A DNA stretch of 64,000 nt, taken from contig JAJCXY010000126.1 in the NCBI GenBank assembly GCA_029263215.1, forward strand, positions 15,114 through 79,113, read 5' to 3'. A model generated the notes under the pieces. The model was not told the DNA's origin. It searched no databases and saw only the letters and a program-made list of their open reading frames with translations. The stretch is from Acidimicrobiales bacterium. GTDB taxonomy: Bacteria; Actinomycetota; Acidimicrobiia; Acidimicrobiales; Aldehydirespiratoraceae. The position numbers and the translations under genes are program-made. Of the stretch, positions 49,198 to 58,496 are shown piece by piece (the stretch's first letter is position 1; each line of letters begins with the position of its first letter).

Positions 49198-50250
49198 CTA
49201 GCGCCGGAGTCGGAGAGCCGCCGCTCCGGCATTGATCTCGTCGGCGGAGAGTTCGGCAACTCCGCCCAGTGCCTCGGCAGGCCACTCGAAGCCTAGGGAC
49301 AGCGAACCCGAAGTCGGTAGCGGCCACGCCCACCACTCGCTGGTCTCGGCTCGGCGGGCCGCGATTCGCCGATCGTTTCTCTCGTCGACGATTGATCTTG
49401 TGCCCAGCCTCACGAGGGCGCCGGGAGTCGGCACATCTGCCCGCCAGCGAGCACTGGGGAGGCGATTCGACACGACGCGTTCGTCGCCGTACCTGAGGTC
49501 GATGGTGACAACGTCGGGGGCAGACCGGTGGACCGCGCCGATTCCGGGGACGAGGTCTTCCTCGGGCTCCCACCGAGGCGGAAGAACCCAGTGGTCACAC
49601 GACGTGATCGTGATGGTGAGGCCGAATCCGTCTGGACCGGTGACCAGACCGTCGAGGGTGGCCACCGCTGTCTCGCTGCGCCCGAGCACCATCGGACGCG
49701 AGTTTGGGAGGGCGACGCGGGCCACGGGACCATCGACCGACGGCCCCCACCACGCGTTGGAGTTGTCGCCTCGTCGATCGAGGGCCGCTATCAGGTCTTC
49801 CACCTCGTGTCTTTCGAGGCGGGCCGCGCCCAATTCTGCGAGGCGCCGAATCTCGCCGATGCGAACACCAAGATTTCGCAACACGGTGGCAGCCCCGGAA
49901 CGAGGATCGGCGAGGACCGCTACGAGGAGATCAAAAGCCGAGAGTCGTTCTGCCCCCGAGAGCGCGTGGCTGTAGAGCGCAATCTCGGCCCGAGTGGAGA
50001 GCGGCGGGTCATCAGAGCCGTCTCGATCCTCGGAACACCGGTGCGATCGGAGCAGCTTCACGCCCCGCTCCACCCGGAGGGTGTTGAGCGCGAAGAGTTC
50101 AGCCAGTTCGGCCATCTCGTCGCGCGCGGTGGCGACGATTCCGAAGAGGAGATATTCAGTTCCAGTTTGTTCGTCGCCCATCGCACCGGCGGTCCCCGAC
50201 GCCACATCGAGGGCCAACCGCGCTTCAGCGTCCAGCAGGAAGCCGTTCAT
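49198..50250 (-). CDS. Clp N-terminal (Clp repeat) domain protein fused to an unknown C-terminal domain, no ATPase
   Basis: ARLALDVA...GTEYLLFGI...PPLSTRA...FDLLVAVLADPRSGAATVLRNLGV; C-terminal WWAWPLP...FEWP. Confidence 0.72.
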   Translation of the reverse strand: MNGFLLDAEARLALDVASGTAGAMGDEQTGTEYLLFGIVATARDEMAELAELFALNTLRVERGVKLLRSHRCSEDRDGSDDPPLSTRAEIALYSHALSGAERLSAFDLLVAVLADPRSGAATVLRNLGVRIGEIRRLAELGAARLERHEVEDLIAALDRRGDNSNAWWGPSVDGPVARVALPNSRPMVLGRSETAVATLDGLVTGPDGFGLTITITSCDHWVLPPRWEPEEDLVPGIGAVHRSAPDVVTIDLRYGDERVVSNRLPSARWRADVPTPGALVRLGTRSIVDERNDRRIAARRAETSEWWAWPLPTSGSLSLGFEWPAEALGGVAELSADEINAGAAALRLRR

Positions 50251-50284
50251 TACATGAAAGGTACGCGCCGACCCTTCGACTTGA

Positions 50285-50304
50285 CCTGAGTCGTTCGACT
50301 CAAA
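50285..50304. promoter_or_regulatory. Palindromic operator, HAIR-like
   Basis: CCTGAGT-cgttcg-ACTCAAA, about 35 nt upstream of the Clp-N gene. Confidence 0.45.
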
Positions 50305-50306
50305 GC

Positions 50307-50780
50307 TCAGGTGCTGGTGAAAGCCTCGGCGGTTGCCCCAGTGACCACCAGCAGTTGATCGGGGGTGATCGGGAAGCACGAGTCGGGAGTGCCCGCGGCG
50401 CCGTAAACGGTGGTGTGGGCGAGCAGGTCGGGGTCGATGAAGGTGGGAATCGCCTCGACGTGCCCGAACGGTGGGGTTCCACCGATCGAGTAGCCGGTTG
50501 CGTCGCGGGCTTCTTCGGCGGTGGCCATCCGCACCTTGCCGCCCACCACGTCGCTGAGGCGCTGGAGGTCGATTCGGTTGTGGCCCGCGGTGAGCGCCAA
50601 CACAGGCCCGGTGGGACCCGTGCACACCAACGACTTCACGATCTGGGCCACTTCACAGCCGATGGCAACCGCGGCATCCACCGCAGTGCGGGTGCCCGCC
50701 GGGTAGCGCACGGGCCGAACATCGACACCCGCCGCTTCGGCGGACCGGATGAATCGGGTGAGGGCATCTTCGCTGGCCAT
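50307..50780 (-). CDS. YbaK/EbsC (aminoacyl-tRNA deacylase family) protein
   Basis: TRTAVDAA, QIVKSLV, TGYSIGGTPPFGH, GAAG. Confidence 0.92.
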   Translation of the reverse strand: MASEDALTRFIRSAEAAGVDVRPVRYPAGTRTAVDAAVAIGCEVAQIVKSLVCTGPTGPVLALTAGHNRIDLQRLSDVVGGKVRMATAEEARDATGYSIGGTPPFGHVEAIPTFIDPDLLAHTTVYGAAGTPDSCFPITPDQLLVVTGATAEAFTST

Positions 50781-50801
50781 GAGACCCGAGACTAACGAGC
50801 G

Positions 50802-51752
50802 CTAGCGATCCGGCAATACGTCGACACCGTCGACCGAGGTGTCGAACGTGGCGCTGCATCCAGCCGCGTTGCCCGTGTCCATCCCCAGGGTCAGCCAGGC
50901 CCGGCGCTGCTCGGCCGATCCGTGATTCCACTTGTGGGGATCGATCTGAGCGCCGGCGGTCGCCTGGATCCGGTCGTCGCCGACGGCTTGGGCCGCGGCC
51001 AGCCCCTCGGCGAGATCACCGCGTTCGAGATAGAGGATGTTGTCGTTTCCGTCGAAGGTGTCCGGCCGGTTGGTGGCCTCGAAGGCCCAGACACCGGCGA
51101 GGCAGTCGGCCTGCAACTCGAGCCGAATCGAGAGGTCGTTGACCTCGAGTTGACCGGCCCCCTGCTGCTGTTGTCGAACCTCGCTTGAGACCCCGGTGAG
51201 GTTCTGCACGTGATGGGCGAGTTCGTGGGCGACGACGTAGGCCACCGCGAAGTCGCCGGGGGCACCGAAGCGGGGCCCGGCGAGTTCGGCAAAGAAGTCG
51301 GGATCGAAGTAGGCGGTGTGGTCGGCCGGACAGTAGAAGGGGCCAGAGGCTTCGGACGCGTTGCCACAACCTCCCGTGACAACGGTGTCCTCGAATACCA
51401 CCAGCTTCGCCTCGCGATAGTTCTCGCCGGCTCCCGCAAACAGCTGAATCCAGGTGTTCTGCACGTCGTCGAACACAGCCTCGTAGAAGGAGTCCTGGTC
51501 GGGCGCCGCCCCGGTCACGCCACCTACCGAAGTGTCGACGTCGAGACCCAGTTCCCCGAGATCGATCCCACCCTCGCCGCCGAGTAGGCCCACCAACACC
51601 ACCAGCACGAGGCCGATCACACCCGCGCCACCTGCCCCCGCGCCGATCTTGCCACCCCGACTCCGGGGTATCGACACGCCGCGGCCCCCGCTTCGAGCGG
51701 CGCCCCGATATTCGACGTTGGAACTTCGATAGCCGCGCCTGATCTTCACCAT
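50802..51752 (-). CDS. Neutral zinc metallopeptidase (YpfJ family)
   Basis: GPFYCPAD, AHELAHHVQ, ELQADCLAGVW, HGSAEQR. Confidence 0.92.
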   Translation of the reverse strand: MVKIRRGYRSSNVEYRGAARSGGRGVSIPRSRGGKIGAGAGGAGVIGLVLVVLVGLLGGEGGIDLGELGLDVDTSVGGVTGAAPDQDSFYEAVFDDVQNTWIQLFAGAGENYREAKLVVFEDTVVTGGCGNASEASGPFYCPADHTAYFDPDFFAELAGPRFGAPGDFAVAYVVAHELAHHVQNLTGVSSEVRQQQQGAGQLEVNDLSIRLELQADCLAGVWAFEATNRPDTFDGNDNILYLERGDLAEGLAAAQAVGDDRIQATAGAQIDPHKWNHGSAEQRRAWLTLGMDTGNAAGCSATFDTSVDGVDVLPDR

Positions 51753-51991
51753 GTCGACCCTCTCCGCGGCCCTGTGACCACCGTCAACGTGCGCGTGACG
51801 GTAGACCGATCATGGCCAGATTAGCGAGACCGGGTCGGGGCCTCACCGGCTGCCAATTCGCCGCGGGGCGACCTCGATGGGTCGTGAACGGCGTAATGGG
51901 TATTCCTGCGGCAGACTGAGGCTGTGGCGACCCTCCGCTGGCAACAGCGACCCTCGAGAACCATCGCGCCTGCGATCAAACGAGCCCCCTG

Positions 51992-52570
51992 ATGCGACTG
52001 GCGCAGCTGAGGGGGGTTGTGGCGTTCATCGCGGTGGCCGGCGCGATCGCTTTCGCCTGGACCACCATCGAGAATCGCACCACCGACGAGGCCACCATGG
52101 CCACCACCACTACGTCGACCACCACCACGACCCTGGTGGTCACCACCACCACAAGCCCGGAACAATCCTTGTTCGCGATCTGTGATCGTTCCGAACTGTT
52201 CGTGGCCCAGTCCCAGCTGATTCCTGCAGACACGGGACCGGGCCCGTTGGCCAATCTCTCCTTGATCTTCTGGCGCGATATCCGGGAGGTCGCCACGCCC
52301 GACCTTGCCACCGAAGTGGTGGCCATCATCGCCTACTACGAGGACTACCTCGCCACCGCCGCTCCCTTCAACTTCGACACCGTCAAGATAATCCTCGAGG
52401 GTGACAAGGAGAAGTTCGAGCAGCTCGTCACCCGACCGGCTCCCGGTATGGAGCCGATGCGCGGATTGATCGAAACCCTCTGTGAACTCGAGATACCGGA
52501 TCAGCCGTCGATCAGCGCTCGGGGCTTCGACGATCTCGAGGACCGCCTGCTCGATCCGCCCGACACGTGA
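51992..52570 (+). CDS. Hypothetical exported protein with Thr-rich linker
   Basis: N-terminal TM helix, poly-Thr linker, two Cys. Confidence 0.75.
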   Translation: MRLAQLRGVVAFIAVAGAIAFAWTTIENRTTDEATMATTTTSTTTTTLVVTTTTSPEQSLFAICDRSELFVAQSQLIPADTGPGPLANLSLIFWRDIREVATPDLATEVVAIIAYYEDYLATAAPFNFDTVKIILEGDKEKFEQLVTRPAPGMEPMRGLIETLCELEIPDQPSISARGFDDLEDRLLDPPDT

Positions 52571-52582
52571 CCGAGCTTACGA

Positions 52583-54181
52583 TCAGCGAGGTAGGGCAAT
52601 CGTGGCCGGAATGTCGAGAGCAGGACCGCCACGGTCGAACACCTCTGCCGGTGAAGGGGCCTGGAACAAGAATCCCTGCATCAGGTCGATCCCCAGATCG
52701 GTGACCATCTGACGTTGGATCTCGGTTTCCACACCCTCCGCAATGACGGTCACGTCGAGCACGCTGGCCATCGACATGGTCGCCTCGACCACAGCGCGAG
52801 ACACATCATCGAGGCCGAGGCGGCCGATGACAGAGCGGTCGATCTTGATCACGCTCACAATGTCGAGCTCACGGATCTTGGAGAAGGCGCCGTGGGAGTT
52901 GCCGAAGTCGTCGATCACGATCCGGCAACCCAGTGCGGCGAGGCGCTGGAGCACACGGCTGCTGTCGTGGGCCCGGCGCAAGAGGAGCGCCTCGGGCACC
53001 TCGAGGTCGAGCTGGGTCGGTGAGATCCCACCCCAGTGGACGATCTCCGCGATTCGATCTGGGAACGACGGATCCACGAGCTGGCGCTCGGCCAGATTCA
53101 CCGACACGTTGAAGCTCTTGGCGTCACCGAACAGATGGTTCCAGACCGATGTCTGCGCGGCCACCTCACGCAACACGACCTCTCCGAGGCGGGCCACCAG
53201 CCCTGATTCCTCGGCAACCGCGAGGAAGCGATCGGGCCCGATCACACCGTGGATCGGATGCCGCCATCGGATCAGTCCTTCGAGACCGACGGTGCGGGCT
53301 TCACGTTCGGAGACAATCGGCTGGTAGTACACTTGGAACTGACCATCGGCGAGGGCCGGAACGATCGCTCGCTCCACCTCCAAGCGGTCAAGCTGCTCAC
53401 GACGCTGCTCATCATCGAAGAACTGGATGCCGAGGCGGGCGCGCTTGGCCCGATACATGGCCTGGTCGGCCCGCACGATCAACTCCACCGCGGTGGCCGG
53501 CTTGGAGCGAGAGGCGGTGGCGATGCCGATGCTGGGCGTCATCAATACCGCCCCGTCGGAGATCTGGATCGAAGCCGAGAAGGCAGCACGGATGTTGTCG
53601 GCAACCTCGCGCAAGGCCGACTCGCGCTCGAGTCCGGTACACACCACAACGAATTCATCACCACCGAAACGACCCACGATGTCTTCGGCGCGAACCGACT
53701 GGCGCAGGCGATCGGCGAACGCGATCAGAAGCTTGTCTCCGGCCTCGTGTCCCATGCTGTCGTTGATCGCCTTGAACCCGTCGAGGTCGAGGAACAGCAC
53801 CCCGATGATGCCGTCGTGACGGAAGGTGCCTTTCAGCGCTCCGTCGAGTCGGTCACGAATCTCGTCGCGTCCGGGGAGTCCGGTGAGCGCGTCGTGGCGG
53901 GCCCGGCGTTCCATGTCGCGCAGATGCGCATGGGTCGAACCACCGACCCTCTTCTGGATGTCGACCACCACCGTGACCGCCACGGTGACCGTCAGCCCCG
54001 TAGCGAGCACATATGCCGACGGGTCGAGGATGGGCACGACCATTTGCTCGATCGCCCAAACGAGTATTGCGGTGATCGCGGCGCCCACCGAGATCGGAAC
54101 GACGAGGGACAGCACCATCCCGTCGCGCATTCGTCGAAGTGGCCGTGTCAGTTGCTCGGATCTCGCCTGGTCCGTGTCCAT
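52583..54181 (-). CDS. Membrane GGDEF-EAL diguanylate cyclase/phosphodiesterase
   Basis: 2 TM helices; DLDGFK, RFGGDEF, YQPIV, EGLIRW, IDDFG, IKID, AEGVE, QGF. Start could instead be GTG 54199. Confidence 0.93.
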   Translation of the reverse strand: MDTDQARSEQLTRPLRRMRDGMVLSLVVPISVGAAITAILVWAIEQMVVPILDPSAYVLATGLTVTVAVTVVVDIQKRVGGSTHAHLRDMERRARHDALTGLPGRDEIRDRLDGALKGTFRHDGIIGVLFLDLDGFKAINDSMGHEAGDKLLIAFADRLRQSVRAEDIVGRFGGDEFVVVCTGLERESALREVADNIRAAFSASIQISDGAVLMTPSIGIATASRSKPATAVELIVRADQAMYRAKRARLGIQFFDDEQRREQLDRLEVERAIVPALADGQFQVYYQPIVSEREARTVGLEGLIRWRHPIHGVIGPDRFLAVAEESGLVARLGEVVLREVAAQTSVWNHLFGDAKSFNVSVNLAERQLVDPSFPDRIAEIVHWGGISPTQLDLEVPEALLLRRAHDSSRVLQRLAALGCRIVIDDFGNSHGAFSKIRELDIVSVIKIDRSVIGRLGLDDVSRAVVEATMSMASVLDVTVIAEGVETEIQRQMVTDLGIDLMQGFLFQAPSPAEVFDRGGPALDIPATIALPR

Positions 54182-54343
54182 TGCAGTGTCTTCGGTCACG
54201 TGCAGCCCCGGGGTGTAGTCCCTCGGCAACTTCAATCCGTACGACCCACCCACAGGGCCCTCAAATCGGGCCTTGTGGCCTACCTTGCGACATTTGCGGG
54301 CGGTTCCAGTGTCGTTCTGCTGACACCAGCACCCCGCCAGTGC

Positions 54344-54646
54344 TCAGACCCTGAGTCGACCGATACGGTCGGCGAGCACCGTCAGGCCGAGGGGAACGCC
54401 CGGCGAAACGAAGATCCCGGCGACACCCATCAGGGGGTGGATCGTGAACGCGTAGACGATGCCAGTGACCGCCGCGGCAACGCCGAGTAGCGCCACGGCA
54501 CGAAGCCAGGCAAGCCCATGTCGGCGTTCGGGGCGTTCGGATCGTTGCGCCACATGAAACCTGTCGGCGCGCGGGCGTCGAATTTCAAGCGACCGCGTGA
54601 CAGAAGCGAACTCTCGATCCAGATCGCGACGTTCCAGGCTGTTCAT
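54344..54646 (-). CDS. Hypothetical small membrane protein (2 TM)
   Basis: Basic N-terminus followed by a hydrophobic hairpin. Confidence 0.6.
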   Translation of the reverse strand: MNSLERRDLDREFASVTRSLEIRRPRADRFHVAQRSERPERRHGLAWLRAVALLGVAAAVTGIVYAFTIHPLMGVAGIFVSPGVPLGLTVLADRIGRLRV

Positions 54647-54750
54647 CGGCAACCCCAAACCCTTGTGATGCCGACACCAAAACTAGCTCGACTCGCCACC
54701 CTGAGCCGGACCGCCACCGAGACGACCACGGTCAGTGTCAACATGAGGGG

Positions 54751-55680
54751 ATGCCCATCGCCCACCCACAGCTGCTTGCTGCGATCTTCGTAGTCGCACT
54801 GGGGGCAAGCGCCTGCGGCGAGGGCCCCGACAACGGCGCCCCGATCGACTCAGAAGGGGCCGTCGTCACCACAACGGCCGCCGCGGTGATCACAGACGAC
54901 CCACCCGCACCGGTCGAGACGGAACCTCCGGTTGCGGTGGTATCACTCTGGCCCAGCGACCCAACACTGTTGAGCGGCGACGACCCCGCGGGTTGGACCG
55001 TCGAGGTCGTTAGGGCCGTCCCCCACGACCCTGGGGCGTTCACCCAAGGCCTAGAGCTGATCGACGGCACTCTTTTCGAGAGCACTGGCGTCTACGGCGA
55101 ATCGAGCCTGCGGCGCGTCGATCTCGCTTCCGGGGACGTACTGTCATCCATCCAACTCGACGAACACTTCTTCGCAGAGGGCATCACGCGGGTGGGCGAC
55201 ACCCTGGTCCAGCTCACCTGGAGAGAGGAGACGGCACTGCGTTGGCAGCTCCCCGACCTGACCCCCCTCGAACCGTTCGCCTACCGAGGCGAAGGGTGGG
55301 GAATCTGCACCCTCGACGATGTGGTGCTGACCAGCGATGGCTCGGCCGACCTGGGTCATCGAGACCCCGACGACTTCACCCTGATCAAATCGGTTCAGGT
55401 GACTTTCTGGGGCCAGGAAGTCGACAACCTCAACGAACTCGAATGCGTCGACGGGCTCGTGTTCGCCAACATCATCGGTAGCGACTTCCTGGTCGTGATC
55501 GACCCCGCCACGGGGACGATCGTCGCCACGATCGATGCCAGCCCCGTGAATGCGGCGGTCGAGCGCCCGGACAGCAACCGGGCGGTACTGAACGGCATCG
55601 CCGACCTGGGCGACGGCACCCTCCTGCTCGGCGGGAAACTGTGGCCCTCGCATCTGGTGGTGAGGCTCGTGGCGCGCTGA
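54751..55680 (+). CDS. Glutaminyl-peptide cyclotransferase (plant/bacterial type), lipoprotein
   Basis: Lipobox GASAC; AFTQGL, ESTG, FAEG, QLTW, EGWG, LNELE, VLNGIA, GKLW. Confidence 0.92.
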   Translation: MPIAHPQLLAAIFVVALGASACGEGPDNGAPIDSEGAVVTTTAAAVITDDPPAPVETEPPVAVVSLWPSDPTLLSGDDPAGWTVEVVRAVPHDPGAFTQGLELIDGTLFESTGVYGESSLRRVDLASGDVLSSIQLDEHFFAEGITRVGDTLVQLTWREETALRWQLPDLTPLEPFAYRGEGWGICTLDDVVLTSDGSADLGHRDPDDFTLIKSVQVTFWGQEVDNLNELECVDGLVFANIIGSDFLVVIDPATGTIVATIDASPVNAAVERPDSNRAVLNGIADLGDGTLLLGGKLWPSHLVVRLVAR

Positions 55681-55730
55681 GCGCTGAAGCAATGCGAGCG
55701 GGGGACCGACCGGTCACTATGGTCGCGTCC

Positions 55731-56513
55731 ATGGATGAGTTGCAGGTCACCGAAGCAGACGGAGTTGCCACCGTCACGATCAATCGCCCTCATGTGCGAA
55801 ATGCCATCCCCCCAGCTGGGTGGGACACCCTGCGGTCGATATTTGTAGATCTCGGGTCTCGCGACGATGTCCGCTGCGTCGTGCTCACGGGGGCGGGTGA
55901 AGACTTCTGCTCAGGAGCCGATGTGGGCCGAACCGACGATGTCACCCGCGACCGTGACACCCACCCCATGCAGAGGATGCGCATCATCACGGCCTGCTGT
56001 GAGGCCCTGTACGAGATGCCCAAGGTCACCATCGCCCGCGTCGATGGAGTGGCCGCGGGAGCGGGGCTCAACATGGCGTTGGCGTGCGACCTCGTGCTTG
56101 CTTCTGACCGGTCCCGGTTCAGCGAGATCTTCGCCCGCCGCGGCCTCAGCGTCGACTTCGGCGGCTCCTTCCTGCTCCCTCGCATCGTCGGCATGCAGAA
56201 GGCCAAGGAACTCATCTTGCTGGCCGACGTGATCGACGCCACCGCGGCTGGCGAGATGGGTCTCGTCAACCGTGTGGTGCCGGTCGATCAACTCGACGAC
56301 GTGGTGGCGGAGTGGGCGGCGAAGGCGGCCGCTGGTCCACCGCGGGCCATCGCGGTGAGCAAGGCTCTCTTGAACCGGTCGTTCACTTCGACCCTGCACG
56401 ACGCTCTAGACGCGGAGGGCCTGGGCCAGACCTTCCAGTTCACCACCGCCGACACCCGTGAGGCGATGCTCGCGTTCATCGAGAAACGAGACCCCGAGTT
56501 CACCGGGCGGTGA
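55731..56513 (+). CDS. Enoyl-CoA hydratase/isomerase
   Basis: FCSGAD, GVAAGAGLNMALACD, GLVNRVV, AFIEKRDPEFTG. Confidence 0.93.
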   Translation: MDELQVTEADGVATVTINRPHVRNAIPPAGWDTLRSIFVDLGSRDDVRCVVLTGAGEDFCSGADVGRTDDVTRDRDTHPMQRMRIITACCEALYEMPKVTIARVDGVAAGAGLNMALACDLVLASDRSRFSEIFARRGLSVDFGGSFLLPRIVGMQKAKELILLADVIDATAAGEMGLVNRVVPVDQLDDVVAEWAAKAAAGPPRAIAVSKALLNRSFTSTLHDALDAEGLGQTFQFTTADTREAMLAFIEKRDPEFTGR

Positions 56514-57166
56514 ACCGGGCTGTGTCACACGACCCCAATAGGGTCGACCCCATCGGCACCTCATCACCACCGCTCTACGGACTCGACATCGAGACCGACA
56601 CCACGATCAACGGTCTCGACCCCGAAGTGGCCGCGGTGGTGGCGGTGGCGATCACCGGTGAAGATTTCGAACTGGTATTCGATGGTGCAGAGGCCGACAT
56701 TCTCGCCCACACCGACGCCGCCCTCGCCCGCTTACCCGCCGGCGTGATCGTCACCTGGAACGGAGCATCGTTCGACTTGCCGTTCCTGGCCCAGCGGGCC
56801 GCAAAGCTCGGCTGCGAGCTGGGTCTACGACTCCAGCTCGATCCCACGATCTCGGGTCGTCACGAACCTCTCAAAGGCCATGCTGGCTGGTATCGCGGGG
56901 CCTGGTTCGAGCATCGCCATCTCGACGGCTACCAGCTCTTCAGAGCCGACGTCGGGGTCACGTTGGGGCTGTCGTGCGGCCTCAAACCTCTGGCCCGATT
57001 CGTGGGACTCCCCGTGGTGGAGGTCGACCGCGAACGCGTCCACGAGCTCTCCGATGCCGCCCGCCGCGAATACGTGGCGAGCGACGCCCATCTGGCCCGC
57101 CTGCTGGTGGCCCGCCGTCGCGCCGCGCTCAGGGCGGTGGATCGACTCGATCAGCTGATGGGCTGA
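56510..57166 (+). CDS. Stand-alone 3'-5' exonuclease, DEDDy/RNase H-like (PolB proofreading type)
   Basis: ExoI LDIETD, ExoII WNGASFDLPFL, ExoIII YVASDA. Start uncertain. Confidence 0.85.
   Translation: MNRAVSHDPNRVDPIGTSSPPLYGLDIETDTTINGLDPEVAAVVAVAITGEDFELVFDGAEADILAHTDAALARLPAGVIVTWNGASFDLPFLAQRAAKLGCELGLRLQLDPTISGRHEPLKGHAGWYRGAWFEHRHLDGYQLFRADVGVTLGLSCGLKPLARFVGLPVVEVDRERVHELSDAARREYVASDAHLARLLVARRRAALRAVDRLDQLMG
56523..56544 (+). promoter_or_regulatory. PafBC/RecA-NDp-type promoter for the exonuclease
   Basis: TGTCAC-acgaccccaa-TAGGGT (spacer exactly 10). Confidence 0.72.
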
Positions 57167-58155
57167 TACCCGGCCACCTCGTGGTGAGGGGTGTCGAGAT
57201 AGACCTTGGCCTCGGGAGCACCACCGAATTTTCCGTGGCTCCAGCGCACCTCCACATGGCCTTCCACGATGCGGGGTTCGTTGGTTTCCCGGTCGGTGAC
57301 ATCGGCTCGCCACCGAACGGTGGGCTGGCCGGCGTGTTCGCCCCAGGTGTCGAACGAGCGCAGGCGATATCGGGTGCGGAAATCCCACGGCGTGGTGACG
57401 CGATAGCGAAGAGGCTCGTCGCGGAGATCGGCGCCGAGCACGTAGTAGGGCGCAGCCTGGAGGCGCAGCAAGCGCCACAGGAATTCTTCTCGGTCGGCCC
57501 GGGTCTTGGCTCGCTCGAGCAGGCGAGCAGAGCTCTCTCGGGCGATCTCGAACGCCACCAATTCCCAGTCGGATCTGAGCTCGGATGGCCACCGCCCCCT
57601 GAGCTCTGATCGGAGCTGCTTACGGTTGTCGGTGGTGAGTTCGGTGACAAGCTCGGGAAGGCTCGACAGGCCGACATGGGAGCGAACCTCTGTGTAGAGC
57701 TCCTGATAGGACTGGGGCGCGACTTCGGCATACCAGTCGGCGGTGTTCTTGGCCCGCTCGGCGAGGGTGCGGTCGAACATGTGCCACGGCGACGCGTTGT
57801 GCAAGATGTTGGATCCGTACTTGCAGCTGATGAGGTATACGTGATCGACGCGAAGATCGGCCGGTATCTGTTCGTAGGCCGGCGGACGATGCGGACCCTT
57901 CCACTCCACGAGCCAGGGAGCCCGGCCCCTCAGGCCGTCGTCGGCACGACTGAAGACGCAGCCGTTCTCCCACGCGGTGCCGAACACGTCGTGATGTCGA
58001 CCCTCGGCGAAGGCGTCGTCGAGTCGGTCGTAGACGGAGTCGTCGACATTGATGATGAAGCGGGGCCGAGCCGCCAGGGCGCGTTCGAGATCGCGAAATC
58101 CGAACAGGCCGAGGCCGGTGACGATCTCACTTATCTCGGTGCGAATGTCGGCCAC
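57151..58155 (-). CDS. Putative PD-(D/E)XK-fold endonuclease (PD...SxK variant, restriction-enzyme-like)
   Basis: P98-A-D100-LRVDHVYLI-S110-C-K112; last gene of the methyltransferase operon; TAGTG coupling to the upstream gene. Confidence 0.6.
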   Translation of the reverse strand: MADIRTEISEIVTGLGLFGFRDLERALAARPRFIINVDDSVYDRLDDAFAEGRHHDVFGTAWENGCVFSRADDGLRGRAPWLVEWKGPHRPPAYEQIPADLRVDHVYLISCKYGSNILHNASPWHMFDRTLAERAKNTADWYAEVAPQSYQELYTEVRSHVGLSSLPELVTELTTDNRKQLRSELRGRWPSELRSDWELVAFEIARESSARLLERAKTRADREEFLWRLLRLQAAPYYVLGADLRDEPLRYRVTTPWDFRTRYRLRSFDTWGEHAGQPTVRWRADVTDRETNEPRIVEGHVEVRWSHGKFGGAPEAKVYLDTPHHEVAGYQPIS

Positions 58156-58496
58156 TAGGACGTTTCTAAGCGATGGGCCACCGCTCCCGCAAAGAGCCAG
58201 GTGAATTGGAGTTGGGCACCGATGAGTTCCGCGGGTAGATCATCGTGGCTGTAGACCGACTTGCCGTCGTGTACGTCGATGCCGGTGCCGGTGGCACGGA
58301 TCCACGCAACCGTGGCATCGCCCCAGCGCTCCTCGAGCAGGGCTTCGCGAATGGTTTCGGCCTGAGAGCCAAGGAGCGTGGGGTCAGACCGGGCGACCAC
58401 CTCGAGGGCGAGTACCCGGTGCAGGAGTTCGATGTCGTCGGCCAGCAGGACCGACGCCGGTTCGGTATGGACAACGGCGTAGGCGACCGTGGCCAT
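58155..58496 (-). CDS. Hypothetical 113-aa protein in the methyltransferase-nuclease operon
   Basis: One-base start/stop overlaps on both sides; no recognisable HTH. Confidence 0.75.
   Translation of the reverse strand: MATVAYAVVHTEPASVLLADDIELLHRVLALEVVARSDPTLLGSQAETIREALLEERWGDATVAWIRATGTGIDVHDGKSVYSHDDLPAELIGAQLQFTWLFAGAVAHRLETS

Noticed and set aside
51753-51991. 240-bp intergenic region as SRP RNA or another ncRNA
   Set aside because: No SRP core motif or tRNA cloverleaf seen; only a short ACCGTCA/TGACGGT stem. It is consistent with divergent promoters.
54640-54670. Sigma28-like ATCA-N15-GCCGATGA before the small membrane gene
   Set aside because: The putative -10 overlaps the likely ATG itself, and a TAGTTT -10 further upstream explains transcription.
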